64,000 nucleotides of DNA from Dehalococcoidia bacterium (GCA_965197645.1 OZ240219.1:2048001-2112000), one strand, 5' to 3'. Shown: positions 1 to 12,000, numbered from the stretch's first letter. Numbers and translations are program-made. Notes: generated by a model from the sequence alone, not told the origin.

Positions 1-2790
1 CAAGACCGTGTACCCGTACTCGTCTCTAGCCAGAATGTCGGCACCGTAGTCGAGCAGCAGGAACATGATTGCAGGGTCGTCATGCCATCCAGCCCTTATC
101 AATGACGTGCCGCCATGGTGTTCTCTGATCTCGATGTCGGCGCCATGCTCTAGGAGCAATTTTATGACCGCCGGCTCATTGTTGCCGTATAGCGCAGCCA
201 TAAGAGGAGTCTCACCGTAAATGGTCCTGGCATTGACATCCGCCCCGTGTTCCAGCAGCAGCTCAAACAACGTTGGGTCGGTGCTTGATCTTGCCGCCGA
301 GTGCAGAGGCGTAGACTTGTTCCTGTCCACGGACATGATATCGGCGCCCCTGTCCAGAAGCTGTTCAACCAAAGCCTCGGCGTCATGACCCGCTGCCCAA
401 TGCAAGGGGGTTTCGCCGTCAATGGTCCTAACATTGATATCCGCCCCATGTTCCAGCAGCAGTGAAGCGACTGCGGAGTCGCTGTTTAATTCCAGCGCCC
501 AGTGCAAAGGCATCTGTCCTTGAGACGCCTGTGCGTTTACATTTGCGCCCCGGTCCAGCAGCAGCTTGACTATGGACTTTACGTTGTATCCTGCGGCCCA
601 ATGCAGTGGAGAGGCAGCGACATCGGTCCTGACATTGACTACAGCGCCCCGGTCCAAGAGTAACTGAACGACTCGGACAGCGTCATTACCGGCGGCCGCC
701 CGGTGCAGTGGAGTAGCACCGGAATCGTCCCTGGCATTAGCGTCTGCTCCGTGTTCCAGCAGCAGCTCGATAACGCCTGTCCTCGTATTGCATTCTGCCG
801 CCCAGTGCAGCAGGGTGCGGCCATTCTCGTCTGTGGCGGTGACTTCTGCACCTTCCTCCAGATCGGCGAAGAGTCTTTCTTCGTCAACCTCGCTCCACGA
901 AGAAACGGAGGAAATTCCAGCCCAGGGTGCAGCGCCACTCTCCGTATCGCGATAGTATGATTCCTCGCAGCCATTCAGCTCATTACGGAGAGGCGGGTCC
1001 TCCGGTTTAGGATCGGAAACTCCGAAGAATGATCCGGGAGACCGTTGGCTCCAGCAAGACACCGAGCCGTCGGGTCTTAACCCGCATGCGTAAGAAGATC
1101 CCACCCCGACGGAGGCGAACTTCCCAGTCGGCGGCGTAGCGCCGCCTTGATATCTCTTGCCCCAGCAAGCTACCGAGCCGTCGGTCTTCACGCCACATCC
1201 GTGGTAAGTCTCGTTGCTGACAGAGACGAACTTTCCGGGCGGTAGATAGGCATCACGTTGAAAATCCTCTCCCCAGCAAGCTGCCGAGCCATCGGTCCTC
1301 ACCCCGCAGGTGGGGCCGTAGCCAGCGCTGACGGAGGCAAACTCTCCCGACGTCGGCGCGTCCTCTATTAGCCAGTACACACCCCAGCAGGCTACCGAGC
1401 CGTCGGTCCTCACACCACACGAGTTCCGATACCCGGCGCTGACGGAGGCGAACTCCCCCGGCGGCGGCGAAGCCTGCCCATCTTCGTTATAACCCCAACA
1501 TGCCAATGATCCATCGGTCTTCACTCCACAGGTGTGTTGCGGACCTGCGTCGATGAAGGCAAACTTCCCTGGTGGCGGATCGGATCGGCTATCCAGGCCC
1601 CAGCACTCTACTGAGCCGTCTGTCCTCAGCCCGCACGTATGGGATCCCCCCGCGCTGACGGAGGCGAACTTCCCCGAAGGAGGCGTGGACTGGCCATAGT
1701 CATTCTCACCCCAGCAGGCCACCGAGCGGTCGTTCTTCAATCCACATGAATGCCATGTTCCTGGGCTAACGGAAGCGAACTGGCCTGGCGGCGGCCTAGC
1801 AGGGTGCCAATAGGGACTGCCCCAGCACTCCACCGTACCGTCGGGCCTCACACCGCACGTGTGGGAATGCCCGGCACTAACGGAAATGAACTTCCCCGAC
1901 GGCGGCGTGGCCTGGCCTTCGTTGTCCTCTCCCCAGCAGGCAATCGAGCCGTCAATCTTCACCCAGCAAGCGTGAAGACGCCCGACGCTGACAGAGGTGT
2001 ATTTACCCAACTCTGGCGTGGTCAGCCCCACGGGGGTCCCGGTGGGTATCCCTCTCCAAGGCGGCATCCCGCCCCAGCAGACTGCTGAACCGTCGGTCCT
2101 CACTCCGCACGAGTGGATAGCCCCGGCGCTAACGGAAGCGAACTCTCCGGGCGGCGGCGTGGCCTGGCCATATTCGTCATAGCGCCAGCAGACCACTGAG
2201 CCGTTGGTCTTCACTCCGCATGAGTATCGATCCCCCGCGCTGACGGAGACGAACTCTCCCGACGGCGGAGGAGACTGGCCGTATTCGTCATACCCCCAGC
2301 AAGCCAGCGTGCCGTCAATTCTCACTCCGCAGGTGTGGCCTCCGCCAGCACTCACGGAGGCAAACTCTCCGGGCGGCGGCGTGGCTTGTCCCCATTCGTC
2401 GTCGCCCCAGCAGGCCGCCGTCCCGTCGTGCCTCACTCCGCACGTGTGACGTCTCCCGACACTGACCGAAGCAAACTCTCCCTGCGGCGGCGTGGCCTGA
2501 CCAAATTCGTCATTGCCCCAGCACACTATTGATCCGTCGGCGCTCACCCCGCAGGTGTGAGATTCTCCGGCGCTGACGGAAGCGAACTCAACCGACTTCG
2601 GCTCTGAAGCGAGGGTGGAAGGGAATGTTGAACCAGGGGGCAATGCGGGTTGGGCAGGTCCGTCAGGCAGGGTCGTGCCGGTACATGCTGCTAGGAACGC
2701 AGTGAGCAAGAGCACCAAGAGACCTATCTGCGCGGCCCGACGAATTCCTCTCCACGAACTGCGGGCTACAGTGACAAGTGGTTCATACAA
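1..2790 (-). CDS. Lipoprotein with 14 RCC1/BLIP-II-like repeats fused to >=9 ankyrin repeats (3' end outside the window)
   Basis: Absent from the ORF track because there is no stop in the window. Manual minus-strand translation of sampled segments stays in one frame. TTG at 2790 follows GGAG; signal ...IGLLVLLLTAFLAA-C; repeats of type FASVSAGxxHTCGVxxDGSxxCWG from ~2590 to ~1050; ankyrin motifs (GRTLLHWAA, GETPLHWAA, LLLDYGADI) from ~860 to 1. Confidence 0.9.
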   Translation of the reverse strand, partial: MYEPLVTVARSSWRGIRRAAQIGLLVLLLTAFLAACTGTTLPDGPAQPALPPGSTFPSTLASEPKSVEFASVSAGESHTCGVSADGSIVCWGNDEFGQATPPQGEFASVSVGRRHTCGVRHDGTAACWGDDEWGQATPPPGEFASVSAGGGHTCGVRIDGTLACWGYDEYGQSPPPSGEFVSVSAGDRYSCGVKTNGSVVCWRYDEYGQATPPPGEFASVSAGAIHSCGVRTDGSAVCWGGMPPWRGIPTGTPVGLTTPELGKYTSVSVGRLHACWVKIDGSIACWGEDNEGQATPPSGKFISVSAGHSHTCGVRPDGTVECWGSPYWHPARPPPGQFASVSPGTWHSCGLKNDRSVACWGENDYGQSTPPSGKFASVSAGGSHTCGLRTDGSVECWGLDSRSDPPPGKFAFIDAGPQHTCGVKTDGSLACWGYNEDGQASPPPGEFASVSAGYRNSCGVRTDGSVACWGVYWLIEDAPTSGEFASVSAGYGPTCGVRTDGSAACWGEDFQRDAYLPPGKFVSVSNETYHGCGVKTDGSVACWGKRYQGGATPPTGKFASVGVGSSYACGLRPDGSVSCWSQRSPGSFFGVSDPKPEDPPLRNELNGCEESYYRDTESGAAPWAGISSVSSWSEVDEERLFADLEEGAEVTATDENGRTLLHWAAECNTRTGVIELLLEHGADANARDDSGATPLHRAAAGNDAVRVVQLLLDRGAVVNVRTDVAASPLHWAAGYNVKSIVKLLLDRGANVNAQASQGQMPLHWALELNSDSAVASLLLEHGADINVRTIDGETPLHWAAGHDAEALVEQLLDRGADIMSVDRNKSTPLHSAARSSTDPTLFELLLEHGADVNARTIYGETPLMAALYGNNEPAVIKLLLEHGADIEIREHHGGTSLIRAGWHDDPAIMFLLLDYGADILARDEYGYTVL

Positions 2791-3221
2791 GAGCCCTACT
2801 CCGTCTTCGATAGACCCAAGGCTTCTTTAACTGAGTGTTCTTGTGAATGTGACCGTAGGGAGTCTTGATTTTGTGGGAGGGGTGGTGGGCGTTTCTCGTA
2901 CGATAGACCGAAACATCTTAGCATAGTGGCTAGAAAGCCGGTCGGCTTAGGGAGACCGAGTGGACGGTGCTGCAGCAAAGGCTCCGATAGTCTCTTGGCT
3001 CCCTCTTCGGTTCTCCGATAAGGGGCATGCCTGCGTACGCTCCAAGACTGGCATTGACCGCCCGCAGGGTCGGAAGCGCAAGAAACGCCGCATACTAAAG
3101 CATCTCTGCGAGACTTTAAGGAATTGCCCAGGCACACTATAAGGACGGAGAGCCGGATACCCTACCCTAGTCTGTTATCATCTCTAGTCTACGAGCGAGT
3201 AGAAAGGGCCTGTTTTCAGCC

Positions 3222-4454
3222 ATGCCGAACCTGGTCCGGCTCATATTGGTGGCTGGCCTGATGATCGGCGCCGCTGCCTGCGACGACGGAGCTCCGGAGG
3301 AGCCGAGGGGCTCCGGGCCCATGAAGATCGGGCTGATGCTGAACTACAGCGGCGCCCCTGAGACCGCAGCCGATAGGAAGCGCGCCTTCGATCTGGCGAT
3401 ACGGCACATCAACGAGGCCGGCGGCGTGCTTGGCATGCCCGTGGAAGGTGTGGAGGCCGACTCCACGCGAGACCCGCAGCTGGGGGTTGAGGCAGCGCGG
3501 CGCCTGGCGGAGGTGGAAGGCGTTCATGCTATCGTGGGCCCCACCGCCAGCGTCATAGCATTGCCCGTTGCAGAGATGGTGGCAGGGTCGGCCGGCGTGC
3601 CCACCATCAGCCCCTCGGCTACTTCCCCCCAACTGACCCTCGCGGCGGACGACGGCTACTTTTTCCGAACGGCCCTTTCCGACACCGCCCAGGGCCCGGT
3701 TCTCGCCGGCGTGACCAGCGAGCGAGGCTTCGACAACGTGGGCTTGGTCTACATCGATGATCCGTACGGTCAGGGGCTAGCTCGCAGCTTCGAGGAGTCG
3801 TGGGACGGACAGTTGCGCTCCGTCCCCGTCGACCGCCAACAGACGACCCACATTGCGGAGCTGCAGGAGAGTGCGAGCGCAGGCGCCCAGGCGTTGGTAG
3901 TGATTACCTTCGAGCAGCAGGCGCTGGCCATAGTCCGGGAGGCGCTGGAAGAGGGCATCTACACCCAGTTCGTCTTCGGCGATGCCGCCAAGAGGTTGAG
4001 CCTGGTCACAGAGATAGGCGGCGAGCGGCTTGGCGATATGTACGGTACCGCAGGGGCCCCCGCCCCGGACAATGACGCCACCGCCGCGTGGGAGACGGCC
4101 TTCAAAGACGCCTATGGCGGGCCGCCTCAGCTCACCTACGTCAAGGAGACCTACGACGCGACCGTTGCCTTAGCCCTGGCCGCCCAGGCGGCTGGAAGCC
4201 TTGACGGCGCAGCCATTCGGGACCATCTGCGGACCGTCTGCAGTCCGCCCGGGGAGATCGTCCTGGGGACTGCAGACGGAGTCGCCGAGGGCCTTCGCCT
4301 GCTAGCCGCGGGCCGCCAGATCGACTACGAGGGTGCAGCCAATTCCCTGGACTGGGACGAGAACGGGGATCTGCTGCAGGGCTACATCGGCATCTGGCGG
4401 TATACGCGAGACGAGCGGATCGAGGAGCTGGATACGATACTCTTCCAATACTGA
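3222..4454 (+). CDS. Leu/Ile/Val-type (PBP1) ABC substrate-binding lipoprotein, orphan
   Basis: Lipobox AAAC; motifs INEAGGVLG, SPSATSP, YFFRTA, YEGA..LDWDENGD. No permease nearby. Confidence 0.9.
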   Translation: MPNLVRLILVAGLMIGAAACDDGAPEEPRGSGPMKIGLMLNYSGAPETAADRKRAFDLAIRHINEAGGVLGMPVEGVEADSTRDPQLGVEAARRLAEVEGVHAIVGPTASVIALPVAEMVAGSAGVPTISPSATSPQLTLAADDGYFFRTALSDTAQGPVLAGVTSERGFDNVGLVYIDDPYGQGLARSFEESWDGQLRSVPVDRQQTTHIAELQESASAGAQALVVITFEQQALAIVREALEEGIYTQFVFGDAAKRLSLVTEIGGERLGDMYGTAGAPAPDNDATAAWETAFKDAYGGPPQLTYVKETYDATVALALAAQAAGSLDGAAIRDHLRTVCSPPGEIVLGTADGVAEGLRLLAAGRQIDYEGAANSLDWDENGDLLQGYIGIWRYTRDERIEELDTILFQY

Positions 4455-4621
4455 GGGCGCCCTGGACGAGCTCACTCTTCCGCCCAAGTTGAGGGATCAG
4501 AGAGATTATGCCTAGGCATGGGGAGCTAGGGGGGATGTGCGCCCGGATATGAAACCCCATCTATGGCGGACACAGCGGCCGAGGTGGTGTCCTCCCTTCT
4601 CAGCAGGATGAACGCCCTTGC

Positions 4622-5482
4622 GTGCTACACTGGCAGCTATGTTCCCGGCCACCTAACACAGGAGAACGCTTGGGACCCTTAACCGGGCAGACCAGCAAAT
4701 CAGGACCGAGCCGTTTCAGGTTCGCAGGCCTGGGACTCCTGTTCTCCATAGTCGTCGGCTTACTTTCAGCCTGCGATAACCCCCAATCTCCGCCTGCACC
4801 GATAGACATCACAGCGCCAGCGGTCACCGCCACATCTAGTCCTGAACCCACGCCAACAGCCACACCCAGTCCGACAGCGGAACCCACGGCTACGTTCATT
4901 CCCACTCCCGCCCCTGCGGACACACCTACGTCAACCCCGACGGTTACGCCCCTGGCTTTGTCAGCCAAGGAGATGTTGAAAGCGGCTAACGCTGCCGTCA
5001 AGGGCATCGACTCCGGACACTTCGAAGGCGAGTTCACATTGGAAGGAGAAATCGAAGAGACGAAGCAAGTCCTATCCATAAGTATATCCGGGGTCTTTCT
5101 TGCACCTGAAAGCGCGCACTGGTCGACGACCTACGACTTTGAGAGCCCGTTCATTGTTGACGTAGGTGGCGCCGAAGTGGATATCGCCAGTGAGAATTGA
5201 ACACAGGAATGGTTTACGGTGGGAGACTATGTCTATTGGTTGGACTCCTTAGGAGGGAACGAGCGGTACACAAGAGACAGCATCATGTTGTCCTTTGAAC
5301 CAATGGATCTCTTCGAGTTAGACCTCCTGGACGTCGACGGTGAAATCTCTGCATACGAGCAAGAGTATTGACGCTGACGCCCTTAACGAGAGGCCCCGAT
5401 CGACGTATCCTACCGCGTAGCGGAATGCTCCAGTGACTACGATCAGGTCAGGATGTCACACCCTCCTGTGCCAGTCAACTAG
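4622..5482 (+). pseudogene. Decayed Pro/Thr-linker lipoprotein (LppX/LprAFG-like fold suspected)
   Basis: Lipobox LSAC and PT-rich linker. The in-frame TGA at 5198-5200 is followed by more coding-like sequence (TQEWFTVGDYVYW...) to a second stop near 5370, then frameshifted remnants. Confidence 0.6.
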
Positions 5483-5588
5483 GTACCCATCTCCAACTGG
5501 ATCGAATCACTGGGCCCATATTCGTAGTTAGTGGCTTGATATCGCACCTCCCCAAAAAGGCGCTGAGTCAGATCTTCTACCAAAACCG

Positions 5589-5664
5589 TTTGTGGTAAGA
5601 ATGGGGGGAACCAACGCTGTATTGTAGCCGGTTCACAGCTAAATCCGAATCCCACCTTTTCGCC
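5589..5664 (+). repeat. Degenerate att-like direct repeat (copy 1) ending in a tRNA-Ser 3'-end remnant
   Basis: 55/72 ungapped identity to 19777-19848 by hand alignment; ends CGAATCCCACCTTTTCGCC. Confidence 0.75.
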
Positions 5665-5699
5665 TGCCTGGTTTCACCTCTGAGCAGGCCGCTTTCCGG

Positions 5700-6022
5700 G
5701 AATGTTCAGTCAGGATGCCGACCTTCTACCATTACCCGAGAGAGCACTGTGTCACCTGCTTACAACCAACCTAATGAAGTCGGCAGTGCAGCGCTGTGAT
5801 TCAGTACAGGTGCGGCCAAGCGCTATCAGAGAGTGGACAAAACGATATCTATTATCCGGAAGACGCGTATGGTGACTGCGAAAGGGTAGCGTCGATTGCG
5901 GGCGGCAGAGTTGATAAGAGACGTATATCTCGGCACTAGGTACGTGGATGGGAGAACCCCCGAAGCTATGGCGGGGATGGACACTGGCTGATCATGGCTA
6001 CACAACTCTCGGGGCTACCCCT
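5700..6022 (+). mobile_element. IS256-family transposase C-terminal remnant with degenerate right end
   Basis: Frameshifted translation FYHYPREH..HLLTTNLMKS...AAKRYQRV...RRLRAAELIRDVYLGTRYVDG resembles IS256 C-termini (FYxFPxEHWxHLRTTN). Followed by TACACAACT, which resembles an IS256 terminal repeat. Confidence 0.7.
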
Positions 6023-6061
6023 GGGAAGAAATAGAGGAGAAGCGGTCTGGGTTCAGGGCAG

Positions 6062-6067
6062 TATAAT
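6062..6067 (+). promoter_or_regulatory. -10 box TATAAT, probable leaderless promoter of the transglutaminase operon
   Basis: Perfect TATAAT 6 nt before ATG 6074; no Shine-Dalgarno in between. Confidence 0.5.
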
Positions 6068-6073
6068 GGGCGG

Positions 6074-9000
6074 ATGAAGAGCATGTTTCGGAGGGTCAGG
6101 TCCCATTTCGCCCTGCTTCTTGTCTTGGCGGTAGTTCTTGGTGGCTTGCTCTTCCTCTTCGAGCTTTTTGGCGGGCTCACCAGCGACGGCCCCAAGGACC
6201 TGCTAACGACCAACGACTCCGCCGACTCAACGGCGGAGATGCCAAGCGGTGCCCGCCTCATCGCATTGTTGACACCGGGTATGTTTGTCCTGCTGGGTAT
6301 CGGGGCGCTTGCGCTTCTTAGGCGGCGGCTGAAACACGGACACGGGCGTAGATGGGCTCCCGTCCTGCTGGGAGCGATGGCGGTGGGACTATTGGGGTCG
6401 GGTGTGTACCTGTCGGTTGGCACGGTACTGGGCGGAGTGGATGACGGTGGACATTCGGTCGCCACCGAGTATGTGACGCCCCTGGGACTGACGCTGCTAG
6501 CGGCGTTCATAGTGACCGTCGGTGTGGTGGCCGTTACGAAGCCCCGGCTCTTACCTATACCCCTGATTGCGTGGCTAGTTCCCGCACTGATATTCGGCAT
6601 GTTGGGCTCAAATGCCATAGCCGGGATGAATCTATTCAACCATCATTCGAAGGTGGAGACGACGCAAGGCTACGAGAATGCGGTAAACGTGTACTGGCAG
6701 GCTGGAGTAGGGCCCCCTGCAGAAGAAGGGCAGCCGGGTAACGTTAGTGATACGGGTTCACTAACGGGAGCGGAGTACCACGTCAACGCCTTGTTACACG
6801 GAACTCCCGAGGAAAGAGCCGAAGCCGTATCTGAACTAGTAAGGACGCCCGACCCGGCCGTAGTACCTCCTCTTGTCCAGGCACTGGGCGACAGTGACGA
6901 GGAAGTCACTACGGCAGCAAGAGAAGTCCTTCAGGAGGCATTGGAGAGCGACGATCCGGAAGTGAAACAAGCAGCAGAGTCGGCGCTGGTAGAGGCGTTA
7001 GGAGATGGGGACCTGATTGTGAGGGCCGCGGCAGAAAGGATCATGGAGGAGGGTGACAATTTCATCGCACTGTTGGAGAGTGGTGGGGCCCTGGTCTACT
7101 TGAGTGACCGGGTGTATTGGGCGCCGGGGACAACTACCGACACAGCATCGGAGCCGGCAACGATCGCCGTATTCGAAGTGACTGGAGCGAGTGCGACGGG
7201 CTACCTTCGTGTAGATGTCGGGGATGAATACACGGGACAGGGCTGGGTCAGACTCGATCCGGTGGAACTCTCGTATCCGGCCAGGACGCCGACACAACGG
7301 CTGGTTTACTCCAACGTAATCGAAGATGAGGCCTTGGAAATCCTTCCGCGGCAAGATGCAGCAACTGCGTTGCTGGCCTGGCCGGAAAGCTCGGCTGAGG
7401 AGACGCTAAAACAACGAATTACCATTTCAGCCCCCGAACAGGAACAAAAAGTGCCTGCAGGCTCAGTGCCGACTTCCATCGGTGCGGACTTCTTCGATGC
7501 CGACGGGCGCTATAGACCTTTCAGCGGCACATTCTCGACCGACCAGGAAGTCGAACAGTATGGGTGGACGTCCACCGTACACCGGTTCTCCGAAGATCAA
7601 CTGCGGGGTGCACAGACTTTTTCGGATTCCGCCGCCCTTGCGCTGCCGGAAATCGTAACCGAAAGGGTACGTCTGCTAGCCGAGGAAATCACCGGAGAGC
7701 ACGCTTCACCGTATGAGAAGGCCAGGGCCCTGGTCTGGTACCTGCGGGAGACATACGAATACGAGTTCGTGTCGGAGGATGATGAGGCCTTGCCGGAAAA
7801 CGGTGATGCAGTCGATCGGTTCCTCTTTGAGACCATGAAGGGCACGTGCGGCGATTTCAGCAGTGCGTTCGTGGTGCTTGCCAGGTCGGTGGGGATACCT
7901 GCGCGCGTGGTGTCGGGGTGGGTAATTGAGGAAAACGCAGAGCGGCAAACGGTCTACACGGACCAAGCGCATCAGTGGGCAGAAGTGGCATTCGAAGAGC
8001 TGGGTTGGCGGCGGTTCGAGCCGACACACATTAACGGCCCCCCTTTCCGCGCCCAGGTGACTGAGGTCTGGGAAGACGAGCTGCATCGTTTGGAAGAAAA
8101 GCTCTTCAGCAGACCTGACCCGGGCGAACGCATAGACGCTGTTGATGACCTGGTGGAATATTCGACAAAAGCGCCGTCTGAATTGAGGGATGTCAGTAGT
8201 CTATTGATCGGCGCATTGGGCGGTGACGAGGCGGTGGAGGTTCGGGCCAGGTCCGCCGAAGCCTTGGGAGACAAAGCTTATTGGAATGCACGACATGCCC
8301 TGATTACTGCTCTCTACGAGGATGGTGCGGAAGAGGTGAGGGCCGCCTCGGCAGAAGCTCTGGTAAAGCTACGTGGGGAGGATTCGGTGAGGGCGCTGAT
8401 CAGAGCGTTGCAAACGGACGAGTCCCCAAAGGTCAGAACCATCTCAATCGCCGGTCTGACGGAGCTGAAAGACCTGAGGGCGATCGGACCGATACTCGGG
8501 GCCCTTTCAGATCCAATCGAGGAGGTGCGGGAAGCGGCAAAGGCGGCATTGAAGGAGCTCGGGGCCACGGTAACCGAATTGGAGGGCGGTGGGCGGACGG
8601 CCCTAGTCGAAGGTCAAGCGATAGCGTTCAATCCAAGCACAACGACGGCGCAGGCGCAAGAACCGCCGCAGAAAGCGTTATTCGAGGTCACGGCCACAGG
8701 GGCAATCAGCTATCTAAGAACGGGAGTGGGAGACATCTACGAAGACGGGCGCTGGACGCAGACCGACCCGGTTGAGGCGTCCTTTGAAGCCAATGAGCTG
8801 CTGGTGGCAGTTGAGAGATTGGCGTCGGGCAGAACAGATCGGCGACCACCACCAAGCTCATCCCTTGCTCCCCATCTGGCTAGCGAGAGCACCTTAATCA
8901 CTGTAAGAATTTCGCCGTTGAATTCCGGCGAGGTCATCTCGGCCGGCGTGATTCCCGCCCCCGAGGGCATGCGTATTGTGTCTGAGCCGGGCGTGTACAT

Positions 9001-12000
9001 GCCGTACAGCAGTACGGTTCGCATTAATGACGTAGCAAGTGAAGTGCTGTGGACAGCCAGAACGGTGGAGTACGACGAAGATATCCTAACGGAGGCGCAG
9101 CCATACGATGACCCAGCGTACACGCAGCTGCCGGGGAGCTTGCCGGAACAGATCGGGGAGCTGGCGAGGCGGATTACCGAAGGCCATGCGGGGACTTACG
9201 CGCAGGCGGTGGCGATACAGGACTACTTGAGGCAGAGCTATTCATATGCCTTCGCGGCGCCGGGGGCTGCCGGCCCTCCGGCAAGTCAAGACCCTGTGGA
9301 CTGGTTCCTGTTCGACAGCCGACAAGGGACGTGTGGCCAGTTTAGCAGCGCGTTCGTCGTGCTGGCGAGGTCGGTAGGTATACCGGCGAGAGTTGTATCG
9401 GGCTGGACGATTGGCCGGACCGATGCCACGCAGACCGTCTATGCCCACCAGGCGCATCAGTGGGCGGAGGTGGCACTGGATGAGATCGGATGGGTGCCGT
9501 TGGAGCCTACGGCACAGGGAGCTCCATCTCGTACGCCGGACTTCGACTCCGGTGAAGCGGGAAGCGAGCTGAGCGATGAGAGTGACGGGTCCACGGATGC
9601 AGACGATACGACGACAATCCCACCGGAGGACTCCCAGGCGATCAGTGACAGAGTCGCTGAGAACCTGGATATCCTCGGTGAAGACAGTGGTACGGGACTG
9701 CATGATCTGAACCAACTCCTTGGGGACACGAGGCCGGGATATGGAGAGGCGGCCCGAGAGCTTCTGGAGCAGCAGGGGGCCTCTGTTACCGAGTTGGAGA
9801 ACGGGACCTCGCTGGTGGTATTCGAAGACCAGGGTTACTGGGTCCCCGGCACCACAACTTCGCAAGCTCCGGGACTGGCCCACAACCCGATCTTTCAGGT
9901 CCGCGGCGCGGCCCATACAGGCTACCTGCGGACCGCGGTGGGCGACCTCTACGAGAACGGCAAGTGGCGTCAGCTCCACCAGGCCGGATTCTGGGTCTTG
10001 CCAGGTCAGAACGTGCCGCATGCGGTACGGAAGGAGATGGCAAAAGAAAATGGCGCGTTCTCCGGCATTCCGCCTGACCGGCTTGCTGTCTCATTGTTGG
10101 CCGGCTTCCAGACGACACCCGTAGAAATACACACAGACGTGATCCGTATGAACCCCATCGGCGAGCAGCAGTACTTCCCCGATGGGACGTTACCGACTTC
10201 CCTGCACGTGCAAAGCATCGATACCTTGTCATGGTTTTGGGCCCACAACTTGACCCTCGGTTCTGCGGATCCGGTGTCGGGATACATTTGGACTTCGAAA
10301 GTCCCCTACTACTCAGAAACACAGCTAATTGCGGCAAGGGCCTCGTCAGACCCGACGTACACCCAGCTGCCTCTGAGCGTTCCGGACAGGGTCCGTCAAA
10401 AAGCGCTGGAAGTAACTCGAGGCTTCAACGGTCCCTATGGAAAGGCCAAGGCGCTGGAGCGATTTCTCAGCACAACTTACGCTTACGCGTTCGCAGATTC
10501 GCCCGGAGATGCGCCCCCCGCAGGCCGGGATCCCGTGGACTGGTTCCTGTTCGATCATCAGGAAGGGACGTGCGGAGTGTTTAGCAGCGCGTTCGTGGTG
10601 ATGGCGCGATCGATAGGCATTCCGGCCCGTGTGGTGTCAGGGTGGATGATATCCGATTATCCTGGCACGCAAACGGTGTTCACCGACCAGGCCCACCAGT
10701 GGGCGGAGATAGCGTTGGACGGAATTGGATGGCTAACCATCGAACCGACGGCGGCAGGAGGAGCGCCTAGCCGGGTAAGCCGTGCCGGTGGGGCTTCCAC
10801 AGGTTCTTCGAGCGTGCAGATAAAGCGCGGGACCGTAACAGAGATAGATCAATGGCCTACGGAGACGCGAAAGGGAATACCGTTCACCATAGGTGGTTCG
10901 GTGCTTACACTATCGGGCAATCCGGTGAATGGGATCGAGGTAGAGGTATTCGTCAACGAGGAGAAGGAAAATGGGGGGTGGAGGCTCGGCACGACTACGA
11001 CGGAAGCCGGCCGCTTTGAGATTGAGGTCACAGTGCCGACCAGCTTCGAGCCGGGAAGCTACCAGTTGATAGCCCACGCAATTGACAACGAAGCCTTTGA
11101 AGGTTCGTGGAGCGACCCGGAGGTAGGGGTCTACTCCGGGACCGAGTTGATATTCAGCGGCCCCACAGAGATTTCGGTGGACGTCAAGGGGATCTTCCAC
11201 GGGACGCTTACGGAGGAAACTGGCGGGTCCTTGGGAGGCCGCATGATTCAAGTGAGGGTTGAAGGTGAATCTCCATTCCAGGTGACCACCGACAACGGTG
11301 GAGAATTCGGCTTCACAAGGACATTCGAGCAGTCGGGAGAAAGAACAGTGGAAGTATCGTTCGATCAAGAAGGGTACTTCCTGAGCAACGAGGCACGGCT
11401 GGACATCAGGGTCACGATGCCAACGGTCTTGAGCATTGACGCAGTGGACCGGATACGGGTGGGGGAGGAGTACAAAATTCGGGGTAGATTGCGGGATGTG
11501 CGTGGCGAGGGACCATCTTCGAAGCAGATCAAAGTAACCCTACCGAGTGGGGAGGTGGTCTCGGCCGAAACCGACGTTTTAGGAGCCTTCACGGTGACAG
11601 GTATAGCGGACCAACCGGGAATGTATGGCCTGGAGGCTTCGTTCGGAGGCGACGGAGTCCTGGAGCCCAGCAAGACGGGATATACCCTTCTGATCATCAA
11701 TCCCGTCGTCCTGGAGCTGAGTGGATACGACAACGTCCGGATCGGTGAGGAATACGTGGTTAGAGGGACGCTGAAGGACAGTCGAGGTACACCACTGGCC
11801 CAGTCGGAGGTCCTCCTCACTATGCCGGAAGGGGTGACCTCGGTTCTGACGGATGAGCAGGGCGCGTTCGAAGTTTCGGATACGACAGACCAACCGGGCA
11901 GATATGATATCGAGGCGTCTTTTGCCGGAAACAATCTTCTGGAGCCGGGCAGCGCCGCGCATATCTTGAGCGTGGTCGAACCGGTCAACCTGGACCTATC

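Noticed and set aside
1050-2590. Periodic ~114-bp DNA repeats suggesting a CRISPR array
   Set aside because: They are degenerate, in frame and encode RCC1-like protein repeats. There are no constant repeats with unique spacers and no cas genes.
162-2830. Short ORFs listed in the track
   Set aside because: Shadows of the long minus-strand RCC1/ankyrin gene.
2870-2892. TGTGGGAG..GGTGGGCG pair with the same 12-bp spacing as the att arm repeats
   Set aside because: No tRNA-like core follows; too weak to call a third att site.
5198-5200. In-frame TGA as selenocysteine or recoding
   Set aside because: No redox motif context, further stops and frameshifts follow, and TGA is an ordinary stop throughout the window.
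7840-10750. Repeated transglutaminase segments as a DGR template/variable pair
   Set aside because: Differences are not adenine-specific, all copies are in frame in one protein, and no reverse transcriptase is present.
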